Origin: Guillardia theta CCMP2712
Taxonomy: Eukaryota > Protista > Cryptophyta
Assembly: GCF_000315625.1 (NCBI RefSeq)
Contig: NW_005434617.1
Coordinates: forward strand, 423,439 to 487,438
Length of the DNA: 64,000 bases
Reading direction: 5' to 3'
Shown here in pieces: positions 60,685 through 64,000 of this stretch. The stretch's first letter is position 1, and the number at the start of each line of letters is the position of its first letter. The position numbers were made by a program, and so were the translations under genes. The notes below the pieces were generated by a model. That model made no database searches and was not told the origin of the DNA. It saw nothing but the letters and a program-made list of their open reading frames with translations.

Positions 60685-63600
60685 TAGAGACAGGCGACGT
60701 AGCCGAAGCAGGGGCCGTCAGGGTTTCCCTGTGCGGGTGAAAAAGGAGGATGAATCATCTGATGGTAAGCCATCTAAAGTGAAGGTCGAGGACCGAGCGC
60801 CGAGATCGTGGGACCCAAGCAAGCCCTTGCTCCCTAAGCTGGCGGAGAGGCAAGACTCTGACTGGGCGCAGCTCCCTGTTCTGGAATACAGGAAGACGAT
60901 TGTGGACATGGTGAAGAATAACCAAGTGATTGTGCTGACCGGCGAGACGGGCTCGGGGAAAACTACTCAGATCCCCCAGTACCTCGCGGCCGAATGCGGG
61001 TGGACAGGACGGATCGGAGTGACGCAGCCTAGGAGGGTCGCAGCCGTCTCTGTGGCTCGACGAGTGGCTGAGGAGGTCGACTGCGAGTGCGGGGAGGACG
61101 TGGGATACGCGATCCGATTCGAAGACGTGACGAGTCCGCTGACAGCCATCAAGTATCTGACAGATGGCATCATGCTCCGAGAGTGTCTCGGCGATCGATT
61201 CATGAAAGACTACTCGGTGGTTATGCTTGACGAGGCGCACGAGCGATCGCTACACACAGACGTGTTGTTTGCTCTCATGAAGGAGGTTTGCAAGAACCGG
61301 CCCGAGTTCCGCCTCCTCGTCTGCAGTGCGACGCTCAACACGACCAAGTTCTCCGACTACTTCTTCAACTGCCCCATGATCGACATCCCCGGACGAACTT
61401 TCCCTGTGGAGATCCAACACATCGACTGCCAGAGGTACGTCGACAAGGTCATGGAGCTTGTGGATCACCTGCATGCCGAGCAGCCTCCCCAGCATCACAT
61501 CCTCGTGTTCCTCACGGGCGAGGACGAGATCAATCGAGCCTGTCAGGGTATTCACCGTCGCATCATCCAGAGACAGGCGGACGGGGAGGAGGTCTGCGCT
61601 ATGAGGATCTGCCCCCTCCACGCCTCCCTCCCTGTCGAGTTCTACCAGCGCGTGTTCGATGAGCCGCCTGAGGGGACTAGGAAGCTGGTGGTGGCCACCA
61701 ACATTGCGGAGACTTCCATCACCGTCCCGGGCATCAAGTTTGTCATCGACTGCGGCGCAGTGAAGCAGAAGATCTTCAACGCCGAGAGCGGCATGGAGTC
61801 TCTCAACATCGTCCCTGTCTCCAAACCAGCAGCCAAGCAGCGATCAGGGCGTGCGGGGAGGACGGGGCCGGGAGTTTGCATCCGCCTCTATAGCGAGAAG
61901 AAGATGATGAAGGAATTCCCGGAAGAGACGATGGCGGAGATTCTGAGGACAAACCTCTCGTCGACGATTCTGATCCTCAAGGGGATGGAAATTGACGACC
62001 CTGTCAACTTTGACTACATGGATCCCCCAGACGCTGACAAGATCGTCTCCGGTCTCCGCATGCTCTACCTGCTGGGGGCTATCGACGCTGACGGTCTTGT
62101 TCCTTCCTTGCCTGCGGGCAGGCCGCTGATCTTGCCGCAGGGAAGATGACCAAGGTAGGGAGAGACATGGCGCTGTTCCCCCTCGAGCCGAGTCTCAGTC
62201 GCATGCTGCTCGCCTCCATCCTCCACAAGTGTGCCGACGAGATGGTCTCTTGCTCCTCCTCTCCTTCATGGTTCTAACTTTTGCTGTAGGTAACTGTGGT
62301 TGCCATGCTTGCTGTTGACGGAGCCAACGTCTTCTACCGCCCAACCATGAAGGAGGAGCAGCTGGTCTGCTCATTTTCTTCCCTCCTCCTTCCCCCTCCT
62401 CCTCGTTCCCCCTCCTCCTCCTCGTTCCCCCTCCTCCTCCTCGTTCCCCCTCCTCCTCGTCTTCCTCCTCCTCCTCCTTCCCCCTCCTCCTCGTTTTCCT
62501 CCTCCTCCTCCTTCCCCCTCCTCCTCGTCTTCCTCCTGCTCCTCCGCCCCCTCCTCGTCTCTAATCGCGTTGCAGGTTGCGACAGCAGCTCGCCAGCGAT
62601 TCTACGACCCCGAGGGAGACTACGCGGGGCTCCTGCGCCTCTACAAGGTGACAAGGAGCTGATGCCCTGCGCTTGCGGTCAAACGACATGCAGGAATGGG
62701 AGGAGGCTGGAGGTATGCGACGAGGACTTGCATGGTGCAAGACAAACTATGTCCACTCGCGCGCCATGTGCAGGTCTACTCTTTCCCCCCTCCTGTCACT
62801 TCCTCCTCCACCACCAACTCCTCATCCTCCTTCACCACATCCTCCTCCTCCTCCTCCTCCTCCTCATCCTCTGCATCCATGAAATAAGTGTCCGCTGGAC
62901 TGAACGGACATTACTGCAGAATGTAGAGAACCAACAGAGAGGGTGGTAGTATATAAACCTGGTCCGCCAAATACTTAGGCTTCTNNNNNNNNNNNNNNNN
63001 NNNNNNNNNNNNNNNNNNNNNNNNNNNNNNNNNNNNNNNNNNNNNNNNNNNNNNNNNNNNNNNNNNNNNNNNNNNNNNNNNNNNCCTCGGTCCCCCTCGT
63101 ACAACACACAACATCAACATCACCACAACCATCTCCATCTACCCCCACTACTCCCTGCTACTGCTCTTGCTTCTGTCGCCTTCTCCTTCACCTACTTCGT
63201 CTGCGGGGGGGTGGTTGTGGTGATTGGTACCGGCGCCACCGCCGCCTCCTCGGCTCCCCCTCCTCCTCCTCCTCCTCCTCCTCCACTACCTCCTCCTCTT
63301 CCATTACCTCCTCCTTCTCCTCCTCATCCTCATCCTCCCTCCATCTTTCCTCATGTGACGGAAGTATCTCCCAGTGCTTTCGATGTACGCGAGCAGTTGA
63401 TTGGCATCTTGAATCGGTACGAGATGCCCGTGATGCAAGCGACAAGGCAGTCTCTTGTGGGCAGGTAGGAGGAGGAGGAGGAGGAGGAGGAGGAGGAGGA
63501 GGAGGAGGAGGAGGAGGAGGAGGAGGAGAAGGGAGGATCTGACTGGGACGCAGAGCCATTGCTGAAAGTCTTTTCATGAACGCAGCGAGGAGAGGCGGAA

Positions 63601-63720
63601 AGGTCTGAGCAGGAGGAGAGGGGAAGAGCGACTGAAACATTCGTAGGACACGTACGAGACGCTATCAGAGGGGAGAATGGTGAGCATCTACCCCGGGTCG
63701 CTGATTTGCCCCTTCGGTAC
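60153..63720 (+). CDS. DEAH-box RNA helicase (Prp16/Prp22/Prp43 class) with an N-terminal RS domain; probably continues past the last recognised exon or the window end
   Basis: GETGSGKTTQ, TQPRRVAA, TDG, DEAH, SAT, FLTG, TNIAETSIT, QRSGRAGR, HA2 region (MALFPLEPSLSRMLL), GDYAGLLRLY. Confidence 0.93.
62985..63084. other. Assembly gap (100 N)
   Basis: N run. Confidence 1.
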
Positions 63721-64000
63721 GCAATGAATGGGAGGGGGCGAAGGAACGAGAGAAGGAAGGGGCGGGGGGAGGAGAGGAAAAGAGGAGACAAGGGAGCGAG
63801 GGCAATGGGGAGATGATCCTTGTAATGATGACAGGGAAGGATGACTGGGCAGAGCTTGTGGTTTGCTTGGAGATGGTGTGGACGTCAACAGGGCAAATGC
63901 GATTCGTGTGTACAGGTATTGTGGAGGAGGAGGAGGAGGTGGTGGTGGTGGGGGGCGGGGGGGGGGGGGGAGGAGGACGGGGGCGTAGGGAGGGAGGAGG

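Overview
Eukaryotic nuclear DNA. It is gene-dense and intron-rich, with many ~45-60 nt GT-AG introns carrying a CTGAC-type branch point, plus longer introns filled with GGA/GCAGGA/GGAT microsatellites and four 100-N assembly gaps. Intron style, microsatellites and a bipartite plastid-targeting leader suggest an alga with a secondary plastid, most likely a cryptophyte such as Guillardia theta (inference). About 20 protein genes lie in near-strict head-to-head/tail-to-tail alternation. Recognisable genes: LSm2, a GT-A glycosyltransferase with PAN- and EF-hand-like modules, DnaJB12/14-like J protein, a BTB protein, importin beta-1, an intronless RING protein of giant-virus-like architecture, a plastid-targeted bestrophin-like channel, a divergent TFIIB-like cyclin-fold protein, a cyclophilin, a PDZ/coiled-coil protein with a recent exon+intron triplication, an extended SDR, a C2H2 zinc finger and an RS-domain DEAH helicase. 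The most unexplained structure is intergenic: GGGGTA/TACCCC-rich islands in divergent promoter regions, and a dispersed element whose copies share an AT-rich backbone interrupted by GC-rich filler built from short palindromic words. No rRNA, tRNA, CRISPR or transposase/RT ORF was recognised. All splice models were read by eye.
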